Part shown: positions 12,367-25,044 of the stretch, piece by piece | Position numbering within the stretch: position 1 is the stretch's first letter | Layout of the letters: each line of letters opens with the position of its first letter | Assembly: GCF_044704955.1 (NCBI RefSeq) | Contig: NC_091992.1 | Coordinates: 29,264,001 to 29,328,000 of the forward strand | DNA length: 64,000 bases | Direction of reading: 5' to 3' | From: Pristiophorus japonicus | Lineage: Eukaryota | The notes under the pieces: generated by a model | Seen by the model: only the letters and a program-made list of their open reading frames with translations | Databases searched by the model: none | What the model was told of the DNA's origin: nothing | Translations under genes and position numbers: made by a program

Positions 12367-12995
12367 GGGTTGGATTTTCAGCTTTGATGATTTCGGGGCA
12401 GTAGAGTTTGCGCCCGGGAACAGTTTGCGCCTCAGTCATCAAAATTGGGCAGCTGGGCCCTGAGTCTGGGGCGCAGAGCTAAGGGAGGCATTGTACACCT
12501 CTCTTAGGGTGTTAGCATGGGAAAATCCCGAGCTAAAGAGCTGGAACGCGCCAAGAGACGCCTGGGGAGAAAAAAAAAACTGAAAAAAACCCACAAAAAT
12601 ATTCCCAATACATAGCCCACGCCACCACAACATAAATCGCAAAAGAAAAATTAAAAGAAAAAACAATCACACTTACTTATTCATTAATTACTTACTTATT
12701 ATGGAATACTTACCTCTCTGCAGTCGGTATAGGATAGACCATCCGATTTCCCAGGCGATCACTACGGTGGGGGGGGGGGCGCTGCGGGGCGTACAGGTCG
12801 GGCGGGAGTCAAAAAGCGCGCCGGTGTCACAACCAGGGGCGTTGCACACTGGCGCAGCTCTTCCGGGTGGTACTGCTCCGCACCGAAAACCCCCGCAAGG
12901 CGCTGGAAACTGACGGCTTGCCCAGAAGACCTCACTGCCACCATTGCCGCCGCACCGGGTGAAAAATGGAGCACAAAGGACCGTAAATCCGCCCC
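12367..12995. mobile_element. Harbinger-type MITE
   Basis: Ends gggttggattttc ... gtaaatccgcccc with a GC-rich interior. Related TIRs occur at 14599-14710 and 61966-62509. Confidence 0.6.
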
Positions 12996-13412
12996 ATAGT
13001 ATTCTTCAGCAACTAAGCAAAATTGTTCAAAGCACAAGACGTGTCTACCGATAGTGAGTTTCAGAGGGCACTTTTTAAATTCATTTTTGGCTAGCCTTTA
13101 TCTTGCTGCTATAATTGCAGAGACCAGATCCTCATGTTCCGAGCTAAGTACTATAGTAGACCATCTTCAGGTTCATGGTACTAGATTACAGCATATTCTG
13201 TAAACATTGTAAAGGAACTGAATACCCTCTACATAGTACAAGTAAATAACATAACTGGCAAACAGAATATCAGTGTATATTTTGAGAGAATGACATGTAC
13301 TCTGCATGTCCATTCATCAGTCCAACGTGTCCTGCCCGAGGGAAAAGTAGCTGAGATGGTTTCCCGCTGCTTTCCTCTTGGACTAGCTGCCCCAGGGGGG
13401 CTGCAACCAAGG

Positions 13413-13680
13413 CTAAACATAGAAACATAGAAATTTACAGCACAGAAGGAGGCCATTTCGGCCCATCATGTCCGCACCAGCCGACAAAGAGCCGCACGGC
13501 CCTTGGTGAGCAGCCCTAAAGGTTACATATAAACCTATGAACAATGACGGAAAGGCAAAGAGCACCCAGCCCAACCAGTCCGCCTCACACAACTGCGACA
13601 CCCCTTATACTGAAACATTTTACACTCCACCCCAACCGGAGCCATGTGATTTCCTGGGAGAGGCAAAAACAAAATAAAGA
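13413..13680 (-). mobile_element. CR1-type 3' UTR fragment
   Basis: aaacatagaaacatagaa is the antisense (ctatgttt)n tail, followed by ggaggccatttcggccc. Confidence 0.6.
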
Positions 13681-15249
13681 GCCCTATCTCCCCTCTACCA
13701 TGGGATTCAGAGCCAGTGCTCCGGCCTTCATTTGTCGGGTTTATCTGGAATGGGGCTCAAACCCTTCGCCTTCCAACTCAGACGTGGGAATGCTACCACT
13801 AAAGCCAAAGGCTCACTTCCATCCTGCATGTACCAACATTTCAATCCAACAGTCCTCAAATTCATCATAGAATTATTGAATATTATAGCCCAGAAACAAG
13901 TCATGCCAATGTTTTTGTCCACATGAGCTACCTAGTCTAATCCCACCCTCCGCTCATCCCCACACCTTACACCACTTCTCTTTTTCAAGCAGCTACCTCA
14001 TTTACTCTTAGCTTTTCGACTCTGCTTCAACAATGGTTTGCGGCTGAGAATTTCAAATTCTAACCACCCTCTGTGTGAAGGATTTATTTTTCTAACCTCC
14101 CCTCTTTTTTCACTTTGTGGTTATCGTAAAATGTGTGTCCTCTCGTCAGCAACTCTATGAGACAGGTGCAGCTGGAGTCATGTTATAATCACAGCAGCAT
14201 CAGCTGGAGCACCAGCGAATGAGTAGCAGGCAGAGCTAAGCCTTGCATTCCATATGGTCAAGGTCAACAACTCATTGCATGGGATCCAGCTGTCAGCTGC
14301 CGTGGAGAGGAGACGAATGGAGACTGGGCACTTCGGCGCAGGGAGGAAGGTACAGAAAAATAAAGCTCTATCAGTAGAACGGGGAATAGAATTATCGTTT
14401 CAAACTTGCTTTTGGAAATTGGTTATTCTTTGTCGAAATTATACTGCGTTCATATTAACAGATTCACATTCATTCATTTGTATTATGTCTGCTACCTTAA
14501 TGGAGGTATTAATCCTTGAAAATAAATGAGTTGGCACCTGTGTTAAAACAGCGAACAGAAGTATTTCGTAAATCTGTGCCATGTGTTTGGACACTAAGGC
14601 AGGATTTTCCGGTCTTTGCGCTCGAGGTTTCGCCCCGGAGCGGCAGTGAAGTCTCCAGCGCTCTGCCACGATTATCGCCCCGGAAACAGAAAAGCTGAAA
14701 ATCCAGCCCTAAGAGTTGCACGATATAATTTCAAGGCCTGTGTTATATAGCCTAAAGTGCAATTTATTTGTAATAAATAAAATAGCTCATTTTAGGATTC
14801 TCTTATTTTGAGCGGCAGGTGTACAGCACAGAAACAGGCCATTCGGCCCTACTGGTGTTTATGCTCCACTGGAGCCTCCTCCCAGCCTACCTCATCTACC
14901 ATCGTCCTTCTATTCCCTTCGCCCTCAAGTGCCTGTTACCACTGGAAATCGGTGGCCACGCTGCGGAGTGGAATGGTCGCTGATCGCCCAATTGCCGTGC
15001 CGCGGTTTTCCAGCGGCGAGCACAACCGCACAGTTTCCCCCCCACTTCCGCTGCGCTGCTGGCCGACACTCCTAAATGCGTCATCAGTGAAGCCGAGGTC
15101 CCGGGCCAGAAGTTCCAAAAATCTTGTGACCGTGTGATGGTGCCAAGGTTAGAGTTTTTTGGTCGGTGCCTACTTCTTGATGCAGACCGCCAGCGTTCCT
15201 TAAAGGTGTGTTGGATTTTGCTGCATTTGTGTCGGCGACTTTTTCACCG

Positions 15250-16300
15250 TGCGAGGATACTACACCGCGTGACTTTTTTTTCCTACAGGTCCCTGAATGA
15301 TGATCAGTGCCTCCGTAGACTACGATTCCGCAAGGACGTAGTCACGGAGCTCTGCAATCTCCTGCAGGCAGACTTCGAGCCGCAAACACGGGTGAGGACA
15401 GCCCTGAGCGTGACATCCAAGGTTACAATCGTCTTGAACTTTTATCACTGGGTCCTTCCAAGTTGCCACTGCGGACATCTCCAACAGCTTGCTGTTTGCA
15501 GCCCATACATCCATATGGGAAGTCACAGATGCTCTCTATTGGAGGAGGGCCAATTACATCTCCTTCCCTATGAGCAGGGACAAGCAGTTGGAGCAGCAGA
15601 CTGCATTCCTGCGCATTGCAGGCTTCCTCAGAGTCGAGGGGGGTCATTGATTGCTCTCATGTCGATCTGAAGGCACCCCAACATGCTACCGTGCTCTTCC
15701 GAAACCACAAGGGATTCCACTCCCTCAATGTTCAACTGGTTTGCGACCGCAACCGCAAAATTATGGAAGTGGATGCCCGGTTTCCTGGCAGCAGCCATGA
15801 TTCATTCATACTGCAGCAGAGCGGTGTGCCAGGCCTCTTCACTGGGCCGGATCAAGATTGCGGCTGGCTGCTGGGTGACAAGGGCTATGCACTGAGCACT
15901 TGGCTCATGACTCCTCTTTGCAACCCTAGAACTGCTGGGCAGCAGGCCTATAATGACAGTCTCTCGGCCACCAGGACCCTCATCGAGCGCGCAATTGGGA
16001 TTCTGAAGCAAAGGTTCCGTTGCCTGGACCGCTCAGGGTGTGCTGCAATACTCGCCTGAGCGTGTCTCCATATTCGTGGTGGTGTGTTGCATGCTCCACA
16101 TCCTGGTCATCATGAGGGTGCAGCCATTGGAGGACGAGGCAGCAGTGCCACCTGTGGAGGAGGAGGATGAGGAGTATCTGGAAGCGCATGAGGAGGAGGC
16201 ACAGGAGGAGGAGCAGGATGTGGGTGCCCAGCCACACAGAAGGCAGCGTCGCCATCGTGACCCTATGAGGGAAGCACAAAGCTGCTGCCGTTTCACATAA
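15250..16300 (+). pseudogene. Harbinger (HARBI1-like) DDE transposase, frameshifted
   Basis: QCLRRLRFRK, GVIDCSHV, RNHKGFHSLNVQLVCD, FPGSSHDSFIL, WLLGDKGY and TRTLIERAIGILKQRFRCLD are spread over several frames. Confidence 0.9.
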
Positions 16301-16556
16301 CTCAATGCCCAGTTGAGCCTGCATCTGGCCATGTCCTCGGGCCAACCTATGAGCCCTCTCACACATCATTCCCGCACAGTCAAATGAGAGACCTATTCAG
16401 AAAATTTCCAAAACAAAATAAAGATTTATTACACCCCAAACATTGGGTGCACAAAACATCAACATTATCAATTATCACCCTTGTGCAACTCCTTATTACC
16501 CCTCTTACGCAGACCTATCCTTACACTATGCCGCAGTGTCTCCCCTGTGGCTGATT

Positions 16557-17328
16557 CATAAGAATATAAGAACATCAGAAATAGGAGCAGGAGTAGGCCA
16601 TACGGCCCCTCGAACCTGCTCCGCCATTTAATAAGATCATAGCTGATCTGATCATGGACTCAGCTCCACTTCCCCGCCCGCTCCTTATCCCCTTATCCCT
16701 TTATCGTTTAAAAAACTGTCTATTTCTGTCTTAAATATATTCAATGTCCCGGCTTCCACAGCTCTCTGAGGCAGCGAATTCCACAGATTTACAACCCTCA
16801 GAGAAGAAATTTCTCCTCATCTCTGCTTTAAATGGGCGGCTGCTTACTCTATCATGTCCTCTAGTTCTAGTCTCCCCCATCAGTGGAAGCATCCTCTCTG
16901 CATCCACCTTGTCAAGCCCCCTCATAATCTTATAAGTTTCAATAAGATCACCTCTCATTCTTCTGAATTCCAATGAGTAGAGGCCCAACCTACTCAACCT
17001 TTCCTCATAAGTCACCCCCCTCATCCCCGGGATCAACCGAGTGAGCCTTCTCTGAACTGCCTCCAAAGCAGGTATATCCTTTCGTAAATATGGAAACCAA
17101 AACTGCATGCAGTATTCCAGGTGTGGCCTCACCAATACCTTATATAGCTGGAGCAAGACTTCCCTGCTTTTATACTCCATCCCCTTTGCAATAAAGGCCA
17201 AGATTCCATTGGCCTTCCTGATCACTTGCTGTACCTGCATACTATCCTTTTGTGTTTCACGCACAAGTACCCCCAGGTCCTTCTGTACTGCGGCACTTTG
17301 CAATCTTTCTCCATTCAAATAATAACTC
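16557..17328 (-). mobile_element. 5'-truncated CR1 inserted in the Harbinger
   Basis: ORF 16731-17330(-) has LYKVLVRPHLEYC...RRMRGDLIETYKI; antisense (ttcttatg)n tail at the left end. Confidence 0.92.
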
Positions 17329-17329
17329 A

Positions 17330-18320
17330 TGGCTTTGGGAAGGCTGCTGTGTGTATGTAGAGGAAGCTACAGATGTCCTTCTCGGATGCCCTCGACCAGA
17401 TCTGGCCCCGGAAGGGCCGGCTGCAGACTTGGCTGCATCCTCCTCTGCGCCTTCACTCGGAAGTGGCTGGGGCAATTCCATGGTCGGCAGCAATGGCGGA
17501 GTGGCAGGTCTCGGCTCAGGGCTGCTGGGAACCTGAGAGCCCACATCAGTCTCCTGGTCCGAGGAGCCAGCGCCACTCGCCCGGGGCACCCCACCTCCCC
17601 CACCAAGCTGCTGTAGCACAAGTTGGTGGGGTGGGGTGGCACCGTTAGGCCCCCGGTGAATTGTGGTGGACCCAGCCGCGATGGCAGCAGTCAGATCTCA
17701 CGTAGCATCCAGCTGAGACTGCATGTGAGCAGCCACATTCTCAAAGCCACCAGAGATGCCAACAGTAAGATGCTCCATGGCCTGCTGCCCAGAACGCACG
17801 AGAGCATTCTGAGCTTCCAGGGCAGCGGCCATCCTGTCCAAAGAAGCACAGCGACGCTCGTTTCCTCATGCCTGTACTGCAATGGCAGCTGCCACCTCGC
17901 CCAAGAGACACGTCATCGCAGCTGGATCTGCACGGTCACTCTGGGAGTTCACCATCTTTTGCACACTGGCAATGGTGGGCTTCATGGTGTGCGCAGAGCT
18001 GTCCACAATGCGGGAGGCAGACTCCTCCATGCTCCTGACCACTTGCAACAGCCTCTCGGGCACCCCTTGCATTATCGCCCAGACCTCGAATTGCATGGCC
18101 TCCACCCTTCATTCATAAGCTGGTGAATGGAGGATCCCGAAACCTCCTCTGCAATCTCCCTCCAGGCATTTAAGAAGGCACTCCTAATTGGTCGACCAGT
18201 ATCAGGATAGAGTAACCGCCTCCTTCCCAACACAGCTTGCATCAGGCTTTCAAGCTCAGAGTCGATGAAGAGGTTGGCCCTCCTCAAAGGCCCCCACTGC
18301 CGCCATCTCCTCTGAAGCAA
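17330..18320 (-). pseudogene. Harbinger Myb/SANT-like (trihelix) accessory gene, decayed
   Basis: RRANLFIDSELESLMQAVLGRRRLLYP...AWREIAEEVS resembles a Myb/SANT-like domain, followed by coiled-coil and low-complexity sequence. Confidence 0.75.
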
Positions 18321-18912
18321 CTCAGACCGAAGTCAAGACACAGCTGCAAAACCTGCCCTTTAAGAAGGTCACAGAGCAGCTGCATTGTTGGGATCAATTG
18401 TGGGATTTTGCAGTCTCAACGCCACTCCGCTGCCACACTGCCACAACCAGCCCACTACCATTGACATTACCATTCCACTCTGTTTAGCCGCCGAAAAAGT
18501 GCAATTTCGCTCTTCACACTGCCCCATCCATATCGACATTAAGGGATGCAAAAATGCGATAGGTGTGCAATTTCAGCCCCTAAGTTTTGGACTCCCCCAA
18601 AAGTGGAAACATTTTCTATACATCTACCCTATCAAACCCTTTCATTATCTTAAAGACCTCTATTAGGTCACTCCTCAGCATTCTCTTTTTTCGAGTAGAG
18701 TCCCAGCCTGTTCAGCCTTATCTCTTAGTAATGGTTTGCAGTTGAATTGGTGTTGCAGAGGTAAGAAGCTATTAGGAGTTATGATACTGTATAATACCAT
18801 TTTCAATTTCACAGCACATTACCAGGATATATTATGATAAGTTGCTTTAGTTGCTAAAGGACTTTTTACAAATTGCAAGGGGAGCCTAACAAATGTATCC
18901 TAATGCTCACAG

Positions 18913-19096
18913 GTCAGTGTATCACTGGAAAAACTCCATATTGTGGAATCTTCCGTTTCCGATTCTGGCAATTTGGGAAATGGGTAGAAATTCTGGTGGA
19001 TGATTATTTGCCAACAAGAAATGGACAACTTATTTATGCCAGATCAGAAGCTGGCAACGAATTCTGGCCATCGCTTTTTGAAAAGGCATTTGCAAA
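18913..19096 (+). CDS. Calpain exon 4 ([25 protein letters not shown]...[13 protein letters not shown])
   Basis: Hallmark CysPc motifs; cacag acceptor and AA|gtaagt donor; phases 1/2 are consistent. Confidence 0.96.
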
Positions 19097-19699
19097 GTAA
19101 GTATATCTGTTGCTCATGTGTTGCACCGTTATAAACGTAAATATTACTAAAGCACCGTGGTGTGGTGATGTAGAACAACTGCTATCCTGCTGCCCAAGAT
19201 CCCTATTTATACCAAAACCTGGAGAAAATGTTCAATAATCTCATGGTTCTGTTTAATATCCTGCTTTCATACAATCTGAAGAATCTTATGTCAACATGCA
19301 TTTTCTGGTCACCTTTTTGCATCATAGATTCCTATATCCACACTTATAATGGAAACTTTCGATGTAAACTTATCACTGCAATTAAGTCCTCCTGCCAGTA
19401 TGGCACTGCAGTGCTAGGAGTGGCAGGCGATGTAATTAAAGTGGGACAAGTTTACAATGGCAGTTTTCATTGTCATTTTGGACATAGGAATTTATAAGGG
19501 AAATATAAAAATGACAAAATAAGAAAAATAAAAGAACTGTGATACTGTGTGAGGGCTTAGCATGGGCAAGCAGCAAATGTGGCACAGGTTGTCAGACATT
19601 TATCTGGCATGCAGTGTTTGTGGCATATGGTCTTGGGTGATCTACCCAAATCATAATACTGTTCGGTAGTCTTAATTTGCCAGATTCCTTCAAGTATGT

Positions 19700-20951
19700 T
19701 ATCTTCTGTATCACCTCCCTCCTTGTCCTTCTTGACTTGTCTGCAGCCTTTGACATGGTTGACCACATTATCCTTCTCCAACAGCTCGCCACCATCATCC
19801 ATCTATGTGGGACTGCACTCACCTGGTTCTATTCTTATCTCTCTAATCGTAGCCAGAGAATCACCTGAAATGGCTTCTCTTCCTGCCCCCACATCATTAC
19901 ATCTGGTGTCCCCCAAAGATCTATCCTTGGCCCCCTCCTATTTTTCATCCACATGTTGCCCCTTGGCGACATCATCCAAAAATACAGTGTCAGTTTCCAC
20001 ATGTACGCTGATGACACCCAGCTCTACCTCACTACCACTTCGCCCGACCCCTCCGCGGTCTCTAAATTGTCAGACTGCTTGTCTGACATCCAGTTCTGGA
20101 TGAGCAGAAATTTTCTCCAATTGAATATTGGGAAGACCGAAGCCATTGTTTTCGGTCCCCGTCAAAAACCCCGTTCCCTAGACACTGACTCCATCCCTCT
20201 CCCCAACTCCTGTCTGAGGCTGAACCAACTTTGGTGTCATATTTGACCCTAAAATGAGCTATCGACCACATATCCACAGCATAAATAAGACCACCGCCTA
20301 TCTGCACCTCCGTAACATCGCCCGTCTCTGCCCTTGCCTCAGCTCATCCGCTGCTGAAGCCCTCATCCATGCCTTTGTTACCTCTAGACTTGATTATTCC
20401 AACTCACTCCTGGCTGGCCTCCCACATTCTACCCTACGTAAACTAAAGGTGATCCAGAACTTGACTGCCCGTGTCTTAACTCGCACCAAGTCCCGCTCAC
20501 CCATCACCCCTGTGCTCACTGATCTACATTGGTTTCCGGTTAAGTAACGTTCGATTTCAAAATTCTCATCCTTATTTTCAAATCCCTCCATGGCCTTGCC
20601 CCTCCATATCTCTCTAATTTCCTCCAGTCCCACAACCCTCCAAGATGTCTGCGCTCTTCTAATTCTGCCCTCTTGAGCATCTCTGATTATAATCACTCAA
20701 CCATTGGTGGCCGTGCCTTCTGTTGCCTAGGCACCAAGCTCTGGAACTCCCTGCCCAGACCTCTCCTCCTCTCTACCTCTCTTTCCTCCTTCAAGAGGCT
20801 CCTTAAAAGCTACCTCTTTGACCAAGCAGCGATAATTTCTACTTATGTGGCTCGGTGTTAAATTTTTAGCTCCTAATACTCCTGTGAAGTGCCTTGGGAC
20901 GTTTCACTACGTTAAAGGCGCTATATAAATACAAGTTGTTGTTGTTGTTGT
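19700..20951 (+). mobile_element. L2 LINE 3' fragment
   Basis: [41 protein letters not shown]; (gtt)n tail; stops and frameshifts. Confidence 0.92.
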
Positions 20952-21126
20952 ATCTTTTACCAGATTCTGAAGGTAGGGTACATAGTGTTGAGCTTAGCTA
21001 TCACCTCCTCTGGTGGGATGGTGCACTACCAACCTCTCTTTGCCAACCATCAAATAGGTAGTCGATTGTGGTGCTGTTCTGCTATTTGCCTACATTTTCT
21101 GCCTTCACATTGTGTTTTTCCCGCAG

Positions 21127-21307
21127 GCTGCACGGTTCGTATAAAGCAATCGAAGGAGGGTGGACACTGGATGCTCTGATTGATCTCACTGGTGGTGTTG
21201 GTGAAATGTACAGATTTTCAGAATTCGCAGATAGAGGCGAGGAGTTGTACAACCATCTTGCTGCTGCCTCCAGGAAGAATGCTCTGATGGCCTGTGGGAC
21301 AGGAAAG
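21127..21307 (+). CDS. Calpain exon 5 (LHGSYKAIEGGWTLDALIDLTGG...ALMACGTGK)
   Basis: L.GSY.A..GG....A..D.TGG motif; cgcag acceptor and AAG|gtcagg donor. Confidence 0.94.
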
Positions 21308-21671
21308 GTCAGGCAGATGATATTGAATCAGCTCAAACCACCACAACAAATTTAGGAGGTTTAATAAGACTGCTGTGTATCAGTTACATATGTGACCCTG
21401 CCATTCCATTGCTCCAGTAAATTCGACAGATTCTTGTTCCTCCGCCTGAGCGCATTTGATCACTTGGGTGAATGGAGGGAAATCAGCTGGGGATGATCAC
21501 ACTACTGATTCTTCCATCCATTTAAATTATGGATGGAAAATTGGGCTGGTTCCTTTTCGAGATCAGCAATCCTGCTTGCCCAATTTTCCTCTATTTGCTG
21601 CTGTTATTTGATGCTGGGACAATTGGAGCATTTAAAACTGAGAGTGATAGATTTTTGTTAGCTAAGGGTAT

Positions 21672-21946
21672 TGTAATGTATTTGCTTCATGGGTTCTTGC
21701 TTAAGAATTCATAGAATAACACATTCCTATTAAGAACGATTGATTTATTAACAAAGGCTAAATAATCACACTACACATTACCAATTCATCCACTAGGCTC
21801 ACAACTGCATACCTCATCGTGGATGACCTAGACCCAACTGACTTGGGGTTTTATTGAGTCTTGTGAACATCACGTGACTGGCTAAGCCACTCACAATTTA
21901 ACAGCTCTACAAACCTGTGAGCATACTCACAGGTGCATACATTACA
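21672..21946. mobile_element. Solo LTR inserted in a CR1 3' fragment
   Basis: TG...CA ends with 10-bp inverted termini (tgtaatgtat/atacattaca) and a 5-bp TSD GGTAT. A second copy lies at 57451. Confidence 0.8.
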
Positions 21947-23245
21947 GGTATCAAGGGATATGGAGCTAAGGTGAGTAAATGGAGTTGAAGTTCAGATCAG
22001 CCATGATCTAAATGAATGGCGGAGCAGGCTCAAGGGCCTGACTGGTCTACTCCTGCTTCTGTGTCCAGGTGATCCAGTCTGCCCAGTAACAGGAAAATCT
22101 ACACCATGGTGTCACATATATAACTGATACACAGCAATGTTCAGGTCTGAACTGTTATATTTTTAAAGTAGTCTCTCAGGGAGTAGTATATCAAAATAAC
22201 TTCCACCGAACAAATAGAATTAGATAACAACAATAACAGCCCACACTTGAAAATATAGGTAAAACACCTTAAAGCATTTTTCAAATGAACTTCGTTTGCC
22301 TCCAATGGTTGTCCTGATGAACAATGACGAAGCTTCTTTAAAATGCAGTGCCCAGTGCTTCTGCCTCTAGTACTTTTTCTGAAGATATTTTCCTGCTCGC
22401 TTTAGTTTTCTCCCCATCTCTCCTGAAGGTGGGTACTCATGTTGGGATGGCCCTCCAGTACCTCCCCCTCATGGCAATTCTTGATGTGTGATCTAGACAC
22501 TGAGCGGTGGCAGCTTATTCAGTCATGAGAGCATTATAATCTAAGCCCAATCCTGCTGCACTTCTACTGCAGATGGCGATCAGGATGAGGGACTGTGGTT
22601 GATTTTCCTCCCCCCATGTTCAGCCCAGGGTGACCAGGCCAGTCACAGTGCGCTCCACGACACTGGCTGAGATCACCTAATTCAGCACAGATTTGGGAAT
22701 GAATTTGGGGCCTTCCAAATGCGTGGCTCAATTTCGCACTGCTAACCTATCGGGGAAATCTCCACCTTTAGTTCATAAAGCAGCAACACAATAAAAATAC
22801 AATGAAAGTACTGTGAAGAGACATAGTTTTATATGGTCATAATCCAATCCACCCAAATTAAGCAATAATTTAAACATAAAGTTGTGTTTAATACCAACAT
22901 TAACATTTCTGCCAAGGCATTGTGCACTGATACTGCATTAAAGAGTGCTTGTAGATGGTAATTTAACAAGTTCCTGCTGCTGGCAAGGGTCCTCCTCGAC
23001 AGTTGTACTTATTGAGAAATTGCGGGCGCACTGCCCGAGATTTTTCACTTGCATTTTCTCGACCTGAGCTGGTGCCAGGTGAAGCTCCCTGCTCGCAGTG
23101 AGAAGCCAGAACATTGGCCTGTACAATAATTGTCGAGATCAAAGCTAAGTATTCGAGCCCAGCACCATGAGCAATAGCTGCATTCCTGCAAAAAAACAAT
23201 TCAGTATTTATGACCTACAACTCTCTCTATCTAAACATTATTTAG

Positions 23246-23317
23246 GAAGACAAAAGATCCGGAAAGCAAGATGGTTTAGTTGCTGGCCATGCCTATAGCG
23301 TCACTGCAGTAAAAAAG
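23246..23317 (+). CDS. Calpain exon 6, catalytic His (DGLVAGHAYSVTAVKK)
   Basis: GLV.GHAYS motif; tttag acceptor and AAG|gtaatg donor; 72 bp, phases 0/0. Confidence 0.95.
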
Positions 23318-23565
23318 GTAATGAAAGAAGGATTCCTGAATTTTCTTATTGCAAGATTACAGTTCACCCTCTCTTATGTCCCCCCATCATTCTCTGTTTC
23401 GGAGGATTTGCAGATGCTTCCTCTGACAATGCAGCTCTGCACATTTTAATGAAATAAATAATATTAGATCTTCTATGATGTTGCTCATGGTAAGTCCTTT
23501 CATGCTATGACTTTTGTATATCTATTCGGTGCCTGCAACTTCTCTGAGTCTCTCACTTGCATTGC

Positions 23566-24070
23566 TATCAGGAGTGTGATGGAATACGCTCCGCTTGCAT
23601 GGATGAGTGCAGCTCCAACAATACTCAAGAAGCTCGACACCATTCAGGACAAAGCAGCCCGCTTAATTGGCACCCATCCAGCACCTTAAACATTCACTCC
23701 CTCCACCACTGGCGTACCGTGTCTGCAGCGTGTACCATCTACAAGATGCACTGCAGCAACTCGCCAAGGCTTCTTTAACAGCACCTCCCAAACCTAGAAG
23801 GACAAGGGCAGCAGGCACATTGGAACACCACCACCTGCATGTTCCCCTCCAAGTCACACAGCATCTTGACTTGAAATATATCGCTGTTCCTTCCTCGTAG
23901 CTGGGTCAAAATCTTGGAACTCCCTCCCTAACAGCACTGTGGGAATACCTTCACCACACGAACTGCAGCAGTTCAAGAAGGCAGCTCACCACCACCTTCT
24001 CAAGGGCAATTAGGGATGGGCAATAAATGCTGGCCTTGGCAGTGATGCCCACATCCTGTGAATGAATTAA
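23566..24070 (+). mobile_element. LINE (CR1/L2-group) 3' fragment
   Basis: IRSVMEYAPLAWMSAAPTILKKLDTIQDKAARLI. The 3' end is shared with the SINE at 48773-49110. Confidence 0.8.
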
Positions 24071-25044
24071 AAACAAATCTTCTCTGTTGTGCTCATTGAG
24101 AAGGCGGGAGCTCTCTCATGACACTTCTGTTGTGATGTCTGCATCTCTTGTTGATCTATTTGTCTCTGTCTCCTTCACCCACTGATATCTCTACATATTT
24201 GTATTTCTCTGTCTCTGTCCCCAATACTCTGCCCCACTGATCTTGGTCCATCATTGTCCTATAGATTTCTCTCCTCTCTTCCCCTTTTCAGCTGATCTCT
24301 TACTCTTTACATACCTATTTTTTCCCTTCTGATACGTGTGTCGGTCTGTTTTCTCTTTCACCACTGATGTTCATCTCTCTGCTGCCTACTCTCTCTTTCT
24401 GTCTGGCATTTTTCTCTTTATGTGTACCCAATATCTCGATGCCCTTTGAACTTTTCTCTTTCTGTCCACTCCCCACCCCCCCCCCCCCCCCACACCCTCC
24501 ACCCTCCTCCTCCTCACCATTTTTTCTTCTTCTTGATCGTTGCCTCATTCTTGTTCCTGTGATCTATGTCACCCAAGGGAAGAGATGGGAAAGCTGGTGG
24601 GGAAGGGGTCGTCCACAAACAGCCCCCCAAAATTAAATAGCAGCAGTAAAGGGGAGAGAGAGAGAGAGAGAAGCAGGGGAGGTGGGGTTACTGCACCAGA
24701 GGTATGTAGCAGCTCAAAGACAAGGCTGGAACTGGAATGGAGGGAGATGCATAGCTGGGGTAGTTAGGTATCTATCAAGAGACAGAGGAGGCAAAGGGAC
24801 TGCAGAGGAGCCGGGCGGTGGTGGGGAGGCTACACTTGAGCCAAAGCAGAGGGAGAGACACAACCTGAGTACAATGGGACCAGGACCGGGATGGCTGCAA
24901 ATGAGTTTATTAAATGCATTAATGAGCACAAGGCATAACAAACCTCACGTTTTGCTGGCAACTGCAGCAGGCTTTGAGCTTGTGGGGAAGACAGCCGAGA
25001 GATACGAATAAAGGGGTATCAGCGCCACATAGAATTTAAAAGTA

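Larger units (their letters stand above)
14928..18580. mobile_element. Decayed autonomous-type PIF/Harbinger transposon (transposase plus convergent Myb/SANT gene), interrupted by CR1
   Basis: Contains the two genes listed below. Right end is gcaatttcagcccc|taa. The left subterminal sequence is shared with the MITEs at 40749 and 45254. Confidence 0.85.

Noticed and set aside
15616-16059. Possible domesticated HARBI1 gene
   Set aside because: Frameshifted, inside a TIR element with a Myb partner and a CR1 insertion; it is a transposon relic.
24100-24900. CT-rich then GA-rich stretch with short ORFs
   Set aside because: Low-complexity sequence with no recognisable domain or clean inverted repeat.
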